Part shown: one piece after another, positions 10,302 to 20,406 of the stretch
Position numbering within the stretch: the first letter of the stretch is position 1
Layout of the letters: every line of letters starts with the position of its first letter
DNA from: Candidatus Cloacimonadales bacterium
GTDB lineage: Bacteria; Cloacimonadota; Cloacimonadia; Cloacimonadales; JAFGVF01
Assembly (NCBI GenBank): GCA_963678315.1
Contig: OY782781.1
Coordinates: 2,048,001-2,112,000, forward strand
DNA length: 64,000 bases
Direction of reading: 5' to 3'
Translations under genes and position numbers: made by a program
The notes under the pieces: model-generated
Told to the model about the DNA's origin: nothing
Seen by the model: the letters and a program-made list of their open reading frames with translations, nothing else
Databases searched by the model: none

Positions 10302-11392
10302 TACATACGTCCAAGCTTATCAACTATCTTATTGATATTTTCAATAGACATGTTAAGTTCTTTTGCAATAGCTTCAGGTTTCCAGCCATTTTTATAGAGT
10401 TTAACAATTATTCTATCCTTAGTTGTTTCATCATGAATTATACCTTTTTTTAACTTGTTTTCTAAAGAATATAGTTCATCCTTCAATTGTTCATTCTCTA
10501 ATAGATAATATCTTGATTTGCTTGACTTCTTGATAATGATAATTAATTGAATGACAACAATAATAATTAAGCCGATTATGTAATAAATAGAATTGGCTAA
10601 GAAGCTTGTTTGTTCTTGTTTTTTATTGCTTGTCGCTAAAGTATCTACAGCCTTTTGCTGATCTTTGTTATTAGAAGTAACCTTTTTGTCTGTGCTTGTA
10701 GAAAGAGATACTTTCGGGACAATAGTTTCTTTACTAAAATACTCGGGTTTAACTTCATAGTCTAAGAAGACATTATTTTTTACTTTATTGATATTTGCTT
10801 TTGCTATAGCGAACAAATCTGAGTTTTCAGAAACATTACTATAATACTGTAAAGATAGTTTTTTGTTTCTATTTCGTGAATATAAATGTCCTAGATATAA
10901 ATTAACAAGATTATCATTTGTATACTTGGATGTTAATTTCTTAATAGATTTATCTGCTTTCTTTAATGAAAATTTCTGTGCTAAATAAAGGACTTTAGCT
11001 AAATCATTTTCTTTATCTTCAATAGAATTATAAACATCACAGATAACCAGATATCTATTGTCTTCATTTGTATAATTGTAAGTATCTATTTTAATAGGGA
11101 AATTGAATTTAGTATTTAAAATAAGTTTGCTTTTTTTACTATATTTATTAAAATTAATAATGTTCTCTGAATCAAGTTTAAGTGGTATTGCATCTTCATA
11201 AGATTCTTTATCAAATGCAATGGATAAAGTACTATCTTTATAACTAATATTGTTATCTATTTTACTAGTAAATTCTAAGACAATTCTTGAAATATTACCA
11301 AAATCACCAACTCTTGCATCTATGTACATACCACTAGAAAACACAACAAGTGGAATAAATAATAACAAACTCATGATAAACAATTTCTTCAT
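10301..11392 (-). CDS. Hypothetical single-pass membrane protein with C-terminal HTH
   Basis: Signal peptide, AMIN/TPR-like region, S/T/K linker, TM (IYYIIGLIIIVVIQLIIII), coiled coil, GWKPEAIAKELNMSIENI. Confidence 0.65.
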   Translation of the reverse strand: MKKLFIMSLLLFIPLVVFSSGMYIDARVGDFGNISRIVLEFTSKIDNNISYKDSTLSIAFDKESYEDAIPLKLDSENIINFNKYSKKSKLILNTKFNFPIKIDTYNYTNEDNRYLVICDVYNSIEDKENDLAKVLYLAQKFSLKKADKSIKKLTSKYTNDNLVNLYLGHLYSRNRNKKLSLQYYSNVSENSDLFAIAKANINKVKNNVFLDYEVKPEYFSKETIVPKVSLSTSTDKKVTSNNKDQQKAVDTLATSNKKQEQTSFLANSIYYIIGLIIIVVIQLIIIIKKSSKSRYYLLENEQLKDELYSLENKLKKGIIHDETTKDRIIVKLYKNGWKPEAIAKELNMSIENINKIVDKLGRM

Positions 11393-11442
11393 TGAAACTC
11401 CTTTAATCTAGAAAACAAAAATATCAATAACTAGTCAAGATT

Positions 11443-12363
11443 TTACTTCCAAATTGTTATTGGATACATATAATTGTTATTAAAGCAAAAGTCGTTCCAA
11501 GCATTAAAGCAATCTTTAGATAGCCTATCTTTAGCCTTATTAGTATGAGCTCCTACATGTGAAGATAAGATTAGGTCATCTCGTTTTTCCCAACCTTCAT
11601 ATTGCCAGGGTTCATTTTCATAAACATCTATGGCTCCAGCAAATAGCTTATCCGTTTCTAAGCCTTGTCTGACCGCGTCTATATCTACAACACCACCTCT
11701 TGCTACATTAACAATAAATATCTTATGTTCGAGCATTGATAAAGTTTCTTTTGAAAACATGTGATGCGTCTTGCTATATAAAGGACAGTGAAAAGTTACA
11801 AGGTTACACCATTTTAATCCATCAGTGTAGCTAGTCTTGAAAAAATCAGGATTGTCTACATAAGGATCGCAATATCTAATATTAGCTCCTAGATAGGATA
11901 GCATTTCTGCTACTTTGCTTCCAATTCTGCCTAGTCCAACTATCAGAACATTCAAATCTGAGATTTCTAGATTAGGTGAAAGATCTTTCTTCCATTGATT
12001 CTTTACCAACATTTCATTACCAAGTTTTAACTGCTTTGTTAGTGCAAAAATCATACTTAAGGTGTGTTCAGATGCTGATTGAACATTAGCTTCAGGTGTA
12101 TTTTGGACAACAACTTGGTATTTCTCGGTTGCCTCAACATCGATATTGTCATAACCTGAACCAGCTCGAATAATTGTTTTTACATTTGGGAATCTTTTTA
12201 AATGTGATTCAGTTATGCTGCTTTTTGTCCTTAGAATTATACATTCAATATCTTCTGAAAAGAGTAGATTATCTTGTGTAAAATATTCTTCTACTTTATT
12301 GTCAGAGACTAAGTCCCAAAATAACTTAGGCATTTCATCAAGTACCAGTGTATTTTTATGCAT
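11443..12363 (-). CDS. D-2-hydroxyacid dehydrogenase (phosphoglycerate dehydrogenase-like, no ACT domain)
   Basis: RAGSGYDNID, GLGRIG, NVARGGVVD, DVYENEP, SHVGAHT. Confidence 0.88.
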   Translation of the reverse strand: MHKNTLVLDEMPKLFWDLVSDNKVEEYFTQDNLLFSEDIECIILRTKSSITESHLKRFPNVKTIIRAGSGYDNIDVEATEKYQVVVQNTPEANVQSASEHTLSMIFALTKQLKLGNEMLVKNQWKKDLSPNLEISDLNVLIVGLGRIGSKVAEMLSYLGANIRYCDPYVDNPDFFKTSYTDGLKWCNLVTFHCPLYSKTHHMFSKETLSMLEHKIFIVNVARGGVVDIDAVRQGLETDKLFAGAIDVYENEPWQYEGWEKRDDLILSSHVGAHTNKAKDRLSKDCFNAWNDFCFNNNYMYPITIWK

Positions 12364-12434
12364 TTCTCCCTCTATAAAGAAGAAAATGAGGTTTATAAAA
12401 AAACCTCACTTTCATATATTTTTCTTATCTACTA

Positions 12435-14543
12435 TTATTTTATAGTAAAGATTGAATCATCGATTTCTGTATTAAATTTAATTGATTCATATTGAACTGT
12501 TTTAAGAACGGTACCATCATCAAGTTTTGAAGTAATCTTTGAAGGACAAAGAACATTATCAAATCTTTTAAAATCTTCGAAGTAATTTCTTACATTTACC
12601 ATTCCATTTTGAGTTGCTTGTTTAGATTCTGTAAAATAGACATTGTTACTTTCAGAATCAACATACCACTTTTCACTAGCAGAACCAAATTCAACTTTAA
12701 GAACGTGTAGCAATTTACCATCAATTTCTGTTTGTTCTACATAACCAACTTCAACGTTATCTAAATTATTCAAGATACCGAAATATGATGTTTTCATTTG
12801 TTCTAGAACAGGAGCAATCATTTCTGAAGGAATAGGACCAACTTGACCCATAAACTCTTGATATCCCTTATCTTTGTTAATAACAATAGTAATAGTACCT
12901 TGTTGTGAAGATGTCAATAAGTGTACTTTAGCAGGGAAAACAACAGAACTAGTAACTTGTGCTTGAATCTCTCCAAACATACTGTTAGCAACATCATTTT
13001 CTTTACTAACAAAGTTGCTAATTAATTTCTTACCTTTGATGTCATCCATAAGACCAAGGAAGATTTCTTTACCTTTTTTATAGTCCAGTTCTTGAGTTTC
13101 TAATGACTCTTTAATGGTGATATCAAGTTCTGTTACAGGACCATATTTATCTAATGATTCAGGTAATTCATCTTGATTACAAACAAATACATAGATTAAT
13201 TCATCAGGTTTAAGATATTTTTTAGCTACTCGATAAATATCATTAACTGTTACTTTTTCAATTTTTCTTTTTAACTCATTAGGGTAGTTATCATCGATAT
13301 TATATCTTTCATATACAAGCTTTTTAGAAAGAAAACTTCTTCTTGATGCAAATTGGAAGACCCAAGAATTTAAATACACTTCTTTAGCAAAATCTAGCTC
13401 TTCTTGTGTTACTTTTTCTTTAGAAATTTTAACAAGTTCTTCGACGAGAGCATCTGCAGCTAAAATAGTTTTTTCTGTAGCAGTTGGAGCTAAAAGATAT
13501 AATGCACCAGGTCTATCCCAACCAGTTGATAAGAAACCAGATGGAGAATAAGAAAGCCCTTTAGCAGTTCTTACAGATTGGAAGATACGACTATTAAATG
13601 AACCACCAAGGATTTCGTTCAAAAGAACAAGTGCTGGGTAGTCGTCATCATCTCTTCTAGATTCAGAGGGGTGACCGATTAATACCCATGATTGAGTAGC
13701 ATCTTTTTTATCCACAACGTAAACACCTTTCTCTTTAGCTACAGGATTGTACTCTATTTTGTTATCTTGTTTAGGTTTATCTGATACAAAAGAAGCAAAT
13801 CTATATTCTAATGATTTCATCATATCATCCATATCAAAATCACCATAGACTTCTATAGTCATATTGTTTGAATAGTAATAGTCATTGTAGAACTTTCTCA
13901 AATCATCAACAGAAATGTTGTTTATGGTAAATATTTCTTTTTGTCTAATTGGTATATAATCTTCTCCGAAAAGTGCCTTTTGGAATTCTCTGAAGGCAAT
14001 AGCAGAAGCTTCATCATTTCGTGAATAGATACTTGATATTTCTCTATTTTTTAGAATTTCAAACTCATTCTTGTCAAATGTTGGGTTTAAAAGTAAATCT
14101 GAAAAAATATCTAAAGCTAATTCCTTATCTTCTTTTAGAAATGAAATAGATTGATTGCTTTCATAGAATGAACCATATCCATAAACGCTAATAGCATTTT
14201 CTTCGCAGATAACTTTCAAATCTTCAGCAGGATATTTTTTTGAACTTACTGAAATCATATTTGAAGCTAAAGATGCAAGACCTATTTTATCTTCAGGGTC
14301 AAGTATAGAACCCGATTCTGCAGCAATAGAAATATCAACAACAGGTAATTTGTCATCCTGAAGCATATAAACTTTCATTCCATTTGAAAGGGTTCTTACT
14401 TCAACTTCTGGTATCTCAATTTTGTTTAGCTTTGGATATTTTAAATTATCGATTGCTCTTTTTGGTTTAGGACTTGTTGAGTTTGTAGCACAACCAGCTA
14501 AAAGAGTCAAGAAAACCAATAATAATAAACTTAATTTTTTCAT
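12435..14543 (-). CDS. M16 peptidase non-catalytic subunit, lipoprotein, with extra C-terminal beta-rich domain
   Basis: Lipobox LAGC; LSNGMKV; HXXEH replaced (GLASLASNM); ILGGSFNSRIFQSVRTAKGLSY; ~220 aa C-terminal extension. Confidence 0.8.
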   Translation of the reverse strand: MKKLSLLLLVFLTLLAGCATNSTSPKPKRAIDNLKYPKLNKIEIPEVEVRTLSNGMKVYMLQDDKLPVVDISIAAESGSILDPEDKIGLASLASNMISVSSKKYPAEDLKVICEENAISVYGYGSFYESNQSISFLKEDKELALDIFSDLLLNPTFDKNEFEILKNREISSIYSRNDEASAIAFREFQKALFGEDYIPIRQKEIFTINNISVDDLRKFYNDYYYSNNMTIEVYGDFDMDDMMKSLEYRFASFVSDKPKQDNKIEYNPVAKEKGVYVVDKKDATQSWVLIGHPSESRRDDDDYPALVLLNEILGGSFNSRIFQSVRTAKGLSYSPSGFLSTGWDRPGALYLLAPTATEKTILAADALVEELVKISKEKVTQEELDFAKEVYLNSWVFQFASRRSFLSKKLVYERYNIDDNYPNELKRKIEKVTVNDIYRVAKKYLKPDELIYVFVCNQDELPESLDKYGPVTELDITIKESLETQELDYKKGKEIFLGLMDDIKGKKLISNFVSKENDVANSMFGEIQAQVTSSVVFPAKVHLLTSSQQGTITIVINKDKGYQEFMGQVGPIPSEMIAPVLEQMKTSYFGILNNLDNVEVGYVEQTEIDGKLLHVLKVEFGSASEKWYVDSESNNVYFTESKQATQNGMVNVRNYFEDFKRFDNVLCPSKITSKLDDGTVLKTVQYESIKFNTEIDDSIFTIK

Positions 14544-14547
14544 CTTC

Positions 14548-16023
14548 CTACTCCTCTGGTTTTTCTAATATTGCAACAGTTCTATTTGTTTTAACTAAGT
14601 ATTTTTTTGCAACGTCTTCAATATCTTGTGTTGTGATTTTATCTAAATCTGATAAGGTATTAAAGAAATCGTTAATGTTACCATCAATAGCATCAGACCA
14701 CACAATTTGAATTGGTAAATAGATACCAGTATCTAAACTAGAGAGCATTCTTTTCTTCATATTTTTCTTATAACTAGTCAACTTTTGTTCATCAATCTTA
14801 CTAGCTAAGAATTCTTCTAGAATTCTATCATATTCTGCAATACAATCTTCTATTGCAACACCTTGTAAAGGCATACACATAAATGAGAATAAGTTCTCAT
14901 ATTTTGTGCCAGGTAGTCCAGCATAAGTTCCTGCAAACATAGCAAGTTTCTTTTCTTCAACCATAGTTTTATATATAGGAGAAGTTTGATTTTGTCCAAG
15001 AATATTAGCTAAAGCTTCAAGATCTTTAAATTCTTCAGATCTTCCTGAAGGAATATGGTAACTAATCATTACCATAGGAGTTGCATCATGTTCAACAACA
15101 ACTCTTTTTTCTTGAGTTTGCTTTGGTTCTCTAACTGTTAAATATTCAGTTTTAGTTCTTGCAGGAATCTTACGTAAGTATTTCTCTGAAAGGTCTTGAA
15201 CTTGTTTATAAGTAACATCGCCATAAAGTACAAAAAGAAGATTTTGTGCACCATAATATTTGTTGAAGAATTCTTTAACATCTGTTCTAGTGATGTTTTC
15301 TATATCTTCTTTGTGACCAATAGTAGTAACTTTGTAAGGGTGTTTTTCGAAGGCAGTATCAACAAGCTTAGCCATTAACTTTCCTTGAGCACTATTAACT
15401 TCACGCATTAATCTTTCATCAAGAATAACTTGTCTTTCTTTATAGAATTCTCTAAAAACAGGGTTAGTAAATCTGTCTGATTCCATATTGAACCATAACT
15501 CTACTCTGTTTGATGGTAAAGAAACTTGGTAGAAGGTCATATCTTGAGCTGTTGCAGCATTAAAGTTTTCTCCACCATTTTGCTTGTAGATTTTTGAATA
15601 CTCATTTGAAATTGCATATTTAGAAGCTTCAACTTCTAGACTATCCAATGTCATTTGGTATTTTTCAACTAAAGCTTCATCTCCAGATTTCTTAGCTAAT
15701 AAAAGTTTTTCAAATACTTGGTCTTCTTTATCCAAAATAACTTTTTCAGCTTCATAATTGGATGTGCCTATAGTCTTAGTTCCTTTGAATGCTAAATGTT
15801 CCAAGAAATGAGCTATACCGGTTATACCTTCAACTTCATTAACTCCACCTACATCAGCCTTTGTTACACAATGTACAATCGGTGCAGTATGGTCTTCAAT
15901 AACCAATATTCTTGCACCATTTCTTAAATTAATCTCTTGAACCTGATCTTTCATTTCTGCAAATTCAATTGCACCTATTGAAAGAATCCCAAAAAGAAAT
16001 ACAAAGAAAATAACTCTCTTCAT
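14548..16023 (-). CDS. M16 zinc peptidase, catalytic subunit
   Basis: TGIAHFLEHLAFKGT (HXXEH), NAAT, ERQVILDER; signal peptide. Confidence 0.9.
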   Translation of the reverse strand: MKRVIFFVFLFGILSIGAIEFAEMKDQVQEINLRNGARILVIEDHTAPIVHCVTKADVGGVNEVEGITGIAHFLEHLAFKGTKTIGTSNYEAEKVILDKEDQVFEKLLLAKKSGDEALVEKYQMTLDSLEVEASKYAISNEYSKIYKQNGGENFNAATAQDMTFYQVSLPSNRVELWFNMESDRFTNPVFREFYKERQVILDERLMREVNSAQGKLMAKLVDTAFEKHPYKVTTIGHKEDIENITRTDVKEFFNKYYGAQNLLFVLYGDVTYKQVQDLSEKYLRKIPARTKTEYLTVREPKQTQEKRVVVEHDATPMVMISYHIPSGRSEEFKDLEALANILGQNQTSPIYKTMVEEKKLAMFAGTYAGLPGTKYENLFSFMCMPLQGVAIEDCIAEYDRILEEFLASKIDEQKLTSYKKNMKKRMLSSLDTGIYLPIQIVWSDAIDGNINDFFNTLSDLDKITTQDIEDVAKKYLVKTNRTVAILEKPEE

Positions 16024-16037
16024 TAGAATCTCCTTTT

Positions 16038-16613
16038 TTATTTTTTATTTAACTTTTCTATTAATTTAGCAGCACTTAGCAAATCTTTAACAATAAAATC
16101 TGCTTTTATATCACTGTTTAAGCTTTTTTCAAAAGTATTTTTTCCATTGCCTGTAAGAACTAAGATTGTTTTTAAATTGAAATTAAAACCAAACTCAATA
16201 TCTGATAGTTTATCTCCAATCATAAACGACTTACTTGTTGCAAAGTTACTTTTTTTATTATATGTTTTTAATAAGCCAGTGCAAGGCTTTCTATCCTCAT
16301 GTTCAATATTATATGGCTCAATTACACCATCTTTATGATAGGGAGCAATTAAGATGTCTTCAATAACCCCGCCATCAGCTTCTATTAACCTAATCATTTT
16401 TTCGTGTATCAGTTCTAATTCTTTGAAGCCGTAGTAACCTCTAGCTATGCCTGATTGATTTGTCACGACTACAATCTTATAACCTAATTTATTAAAATTA
16501 TGTATAGCTTTTCCTACATTTGGATAAAGATTAAAATCCTCAGGAGAGCTAATATAGCCAGATTCATCAGCATTTATAGTTCCATCCCTGTCTAGAAATA
16601 TTATCTTTTCCAT
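16038..16613 (-). CDS. gmhB: D-glycero-D-manno-heptose 1,7-bisphosphate phosphatase (HAD IIIA)
   Basis: FLDRDGTIN, VVTNQSGIARG, RKP, MIGDKLSD. Confidence 0.85.
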   Translation of the reverse strand: MEKIIFLDRDGTINADESGYISSPEDFNLYPNVGKAIHNFNKLGYKIVVVTNQSGIARGYYGFKELELIHEKMIRLIEADGGVIEDILIAPYHKDGVIEPYNIEHEDRKPCTGLLKTYNKKSNFATSKSFMIGDKLSDIEFGFNFNLKTILVLTGNGKNTFEKSLNSDIKADFIVKDLLSAAKLIEKLNKK

Positions 16614-16831
16614 AAATTATCATCCTTTTATAAGTTTGTCTCTAAATACTAATATTGAAATTAATAGTCAAGATTTACTTAAAAATAAAACATCCATACA
16701 TTAATATGATTCTATATGTAGAAAATCCAGTAGAGAATTTTGATAAATAAGATTCTCTTTGTTTTTGCTTGGGTTTATCCCAAAATATAGTACTTAATAT
16801 CTTTCAGAATTTAGTTAATATTGACTTCAAA

Positions 16832-16881
16832 CTTAAAAGCCACCTGCATTAAATTGCACTTTTATGCAGGAGGCTACTAAG
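16832..16881. repeat. Dispersed ~50-bp palindromic element, copy 2 (TGCA subtype)
   Basis: CTTAAAAGCCACCTGCATTAAA...TTTTATGCAGGAGGCTACTAAG. Confidence 0.75.
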
Positions 16882-16964
16882 TGTAACCCTATATTAAAGT
16901 GTAATTCTTCTAATAATTATTAAACACTCGGCTAGTTACCATCTAATTAAAAGTAAAAAATGAA

Positions 16965-19412
16965 TTACTTTCTACCTTCTAATGGGAATTTCATAATATC
17001 TGATAATTGGTTGTTTGATAGTACTACCTTGTATTCCCAATATTCATTAGATTTGGTATAGTCAAATGTTAATGTCCAGCAGTGTAAATTTCTAACTAAA
17101 CCAAGGCTTTGAGATAAAATTTCTCCATCAAGTATATCAAGACCACTATTATAAGTAACTGACCAATTTTTAGTTAAGTTAAAATTGGCAGTAACATTAA
17201 GATTGTTTGATCGTACGTGAAAGATATCTTTCTCAAAAGATGCAGAATTACTTAATGATAATGACCAGTCTCTAACTTCTGAATTAGATTTATAATAATC
17301 ATAATCTAACTTAGCATACTTCAAGGTATCTTGGATAACTCTTTGACCTGTCTTTAATGGATTTTTAGGTCTTGGAAAGTAATCAAAGAAGCTAGCATTT
17401 CCTGATAAAGACACAGATTGTCTCATTGACCAATCTCTAAAATTTAGGTCTAACCATTCTCTATCATAAAAGTCATTGGAAAAAGAGAAGCTATTATTAT
17501 AACTGACTGATACATCTCCAATGTTAAAACCTGGCGGGTTAAAGCTTAATGTATGTTTCAACTTAGATAGCTTTTTAGTGTCCTTTTCTAAGTCATAACT
17601 AGCTGAACTATTAAAAGAAATAAGATTATTTAATTTTTTATCTTGTTTGCTAGTAGTATCGAAGTACTTAACTTGCCACTTCTGATTCAGACTAAAGTTA
17701 ATACTTCTTCTTCTTTTTGAACTTGAGACCCCAACATTAGACCATGAATAAAACTTGTCATTCGAGGTAAAGTCAGGGGCATAAGTAAAGGAAACTTTCG
17801 GTGTAAGTACGTGTCTTATAGCTTTTATATTACCTAAATTGATTTTCCTAATTCCGTTTAAATTGGTGTTTATAGAACTTGAAGAATAATATGAGAATCC
17901 TCGTGCAAATCCATTATCCTCTTTAGTTCTGTCAAACCAAGATTCTGTATAGGATAATGATTGAGAGATATTGAAGTAGTCACTTACCTTAGGACTAAGA
18001 CTTAGTGATAGACTATGTTTTGCCCCAGCATAGTGTTTGTTTATTTCAGTTACATTACCTAATGAATCGGTTTCAGAAGTGTTATCCCAGATTATATCAC
18101 TGAATTCAGAATCTTCTTCAGTTACAGAACCATAATGTGATGCAGTAAAACCATAATTTAAAGAAAGACTTTTCCACCACAAATCTTTAGATTCTTTACT
18201 CGTGTATCCTAACATCTCATAGATTGGTTTAGGTGATTGAGAATAAGAAAGTGAAGGGAGTGTAATAGTTTTAGTATCAGTTACAAAATTCTGAGAATAA
18301 ACAGACGATATGTTCAAGGAAGAATTATCAAACTGCTTAGAATAAGAAACATTAGAAGACATTCTTTCTCTTAAACGCTCATCTATATCTGTAGAACTTT
18401 CATAAAGCTTTTTACTAGTAGCATAATCTATTTTTGCTGTCAATTTGGATTGGTCCTCAAAAGTTTGACGATGGTTACCTATAATACTCCAGTCTAATTG
18501 GGAAGCTGAATTTGCATAATCTCTACGTCTTACAAGAAAATTCAAATTGCCATTAAAAAGATAACGTTGAATATAGCGGTTGTTTATTGAAAAGTTCCAA
18601 CCTTTCTTTTCATAAAAATCAAAAGCAACTTTGCTATCAAAATAATCTTTATAAGCATAGTAATAAGCAATATTTTTAATATACTTTCCATCAGAGCTGT
18701 TCCAACCTGGTTGAGGAATCAAAACACCAGAATGTCTACCTTTTTTGATAGTAAAGGTAGCAAACGGAAAAGCCATAACAGGAAAATGATTAACATAATA
18801 AACAAAAGGTTTTCCTGCTATCTTATCACCAAAATAAACTCTAAGCTTTTTACCTTTAATATAGAAATGGGGATCGACATCATCACATGTAGTAAATTTA
18901 CCATCATCTATATCATAAACTTTGTCTGCAACTTTTCTAATTTGCTTTCCATATAAAAAACCATTTTCAATAGAACCAGAGCCGTATTCCATTAGACCAT
19001 TTTCTGAATCAATATCTATCTTAACATCATTACTTAGGAAAATTTGTCCATCCTGCTTTATCATTGCATCGCCACTAGAATAAGCGATCTTTTTATCCAT
19101 ATCTAAGTAAAGTGAATCTGCATCAACGGTGATATCTTTATATGTTATATGTGCGTTTCCTGACAACCACATTGTATTGTTTTCTTTATCATAAGAGGCA
19201 TTTTTAGCTGTGTATAATAGAGAATCAGGCTCTGTATATTCGGAATATTCAGTTTCAAGAGTATCAGATTTTACTCCAAGTGAATCACTTCCTGCAGTTA
19301 TAATATCTTTGTTCTCATCTATTTCTTGAGAAGAGAGCATTGTACTATGTATAACTAAGAGTACAGAGGCTATTAATATATATTTAATCGAATTTTTCAT
19401 GTTATTTTTCAT
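16965..19412 (-). CDS. lptD: LPS assembly outer-membrane protein LptD
   Basis: OstA-like N-domain, FTTCDDVDPHF, GRHSGVLIP, IRHVLTP, RNLHCW. Start is ATG 19412 or 19400 rather than TTG 19448. Confidence 0.85.
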   Translation of the reverse strand: MKNNMKNSIKYILIASVLLVIHSTMLSSQEIDENKDIITAGSDSLGVKSDTLETEYSEYTEPDSLLYTAKNASYDKENNTMWLSGNAHITYKDITVDADSLYLDMDKKIAYSSGDAMIKQDGQIFLSNDVKIDIDSENGLMEYGSGSIENGFLYGKQIRKVADKVYDIDDGKFTTCDDVDPHFYIKGKKLRVYFGDKIAGKPFVYYVNHFPVMAFPFATFTIKKGRHSGVLIPQPGWNSSDGKYIKNIAYYYAYKDYFDSKVAFDFYEKKGWNFSINNRYIQRYLFNGNLNFLVRRRDYANSASQLDWSIIGNHRQTFEDQSKLTAKIDYATSKKLYESSTDIDERLRERMSSNVSYSKQFDNSSLNISSVYSQNFVTDTKTITLPSLSYSQSPKPIYEMLGYTSKESKDLWWKSLSLNYGFTASHYGSVTEEDSEFSDIIWDNTSETDSLGNVTEINKHYAGAKHSLSLSLSPKVSDYFNISQSLSYTESWFDRTKEDNGFARGFSYYSSSSINTNLNGIRKINLGNIKAIRHVLTPKVSFTYAPDFTSNDKFYSWSNVGVSSSKRRRSINFSLNQKWQVKYFDTTSKQDKKLNNLISFNSSASYDLEKDTKKLSKLKHTLSFNPPGFNIGDVSVSYNNSFSFSNDFYDREWLDLNFRDWSMRQSVSLSGNASFFDYFPRPKNPLKTGQRVIQDTLKYAKLDYDYYKSNSEVRDWSLSLSNSASFEKDIFHVRSNNLNVTANFNLTKNWSVTYNSGLDILDGEILSQSLGLVRNLHCWTLTFDYTKSNEYWEYKVVLSNNQLSDIMKFPLEGRK

Positions 19413-19602
19413 TAAATGATATATTCTTATCTCTGTAAAATTTGTCAAGTCATGATAATTTCAATTTATCAGTCAAAATAAATAGATTTATAATGGCTCA
19501 ATACTTTAGTGAATTTTATATAAGCCTTAACAATTTTATGATAATTCTATCTTGACAAAATTGCTGCATTAAAAAAAATAAAAATAAAACTACTGGAGAA
19601 AA

Positions 19603-20406
19603 ATGGAAAAGCAACCAATTGGAATTTTTGATTCTGGGGTAGGAGGCTTAACAGTCTTTAAATCAATAAGAGAAACTTTCCCTCAAGAAGATATTGTCTA
19701 TTTTGGAGATACAGCAAGAGTCCCTTATGGTCCCAAGTCTAAAAAGACAGTCATTGATTACTCTATTCAAAACACAAGATTTTTACTTCAACATAACATT
19801 AAACTTTTAGTAATAGCATGTAATACTTCATCCTCAGTAGCTATTCCTTATATCCAGAAAATTACATCTATTCCAGTTATCGGAGTGATTTTACCTGGTG
19901 CTGAAGCTGCTTATAATATATCATCAAACAAAAGAATTGGTATTATTGGAACAGAAGGAACTATTAGATCTAATGCCTATGTTGATGAAATATTGAAGTT
20001 TAATGATTCAGTAGAAACTTTCTCTAAAGCCTGTCCTCTCTTCGTTTCTTTAGTAGAGGAAGGATGGATAAAGAATCCTGCTACAGAAATAATTATTGAT
20101 AATTATCTGAGCTATTTTAAGGAAAAAGATATAGATACTCTTGTTCTTGGTTGCACACATTATCCAGTATTATCCCCAGTTCTAAACAAGTACTTTGAGG
20201 GTAAAGTTAACCTTGTTGATTCATCACATGCTATATTAAGTAAAATACAGCAATACGTTGATGAAGATAAAACATGCATTGGAACTTCACAATTTTTTGT
20301 AAGTGATAATGAAGAAAAGTTTATGAAGATTGCTAATATGATTTTAGGCTATCCAATTCATGATTTAAAACGTGTCGCCTTAGGCGAGAGTTGGTTTGTA
20401 GACTAA
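19603..20406 (+). CDS. murI: Glutamate racemase
   Basis: IGIFDSGVGGLTV, GDTARVPYG, IACNTSS, LGCTHYP. Confidence 0.96.
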   Translation: MEKQPIGIFDSGVGGLTVFKSIRETFPQEDIVYFGDTARVPYGPKSKKTVIDYSIQNTRFLLQHNIKLLVIACNTSSSVAIPYIQKITSIPVIGVILPGAEAAYNISSNKRIGIIGTEGTIRSNAYVDEILKFNDSVETFSKACPLFVSLVEEGWIKNPATEIIIDNYLSYFKEKDIDTLVLGCTHYPVLSPVLNKYFEGKVNLVDSSHAILSKIQQYVDEDKTCIGTSQFFVSDNEEKFMKIANMILGYPIHDLKRVALGESWFVD

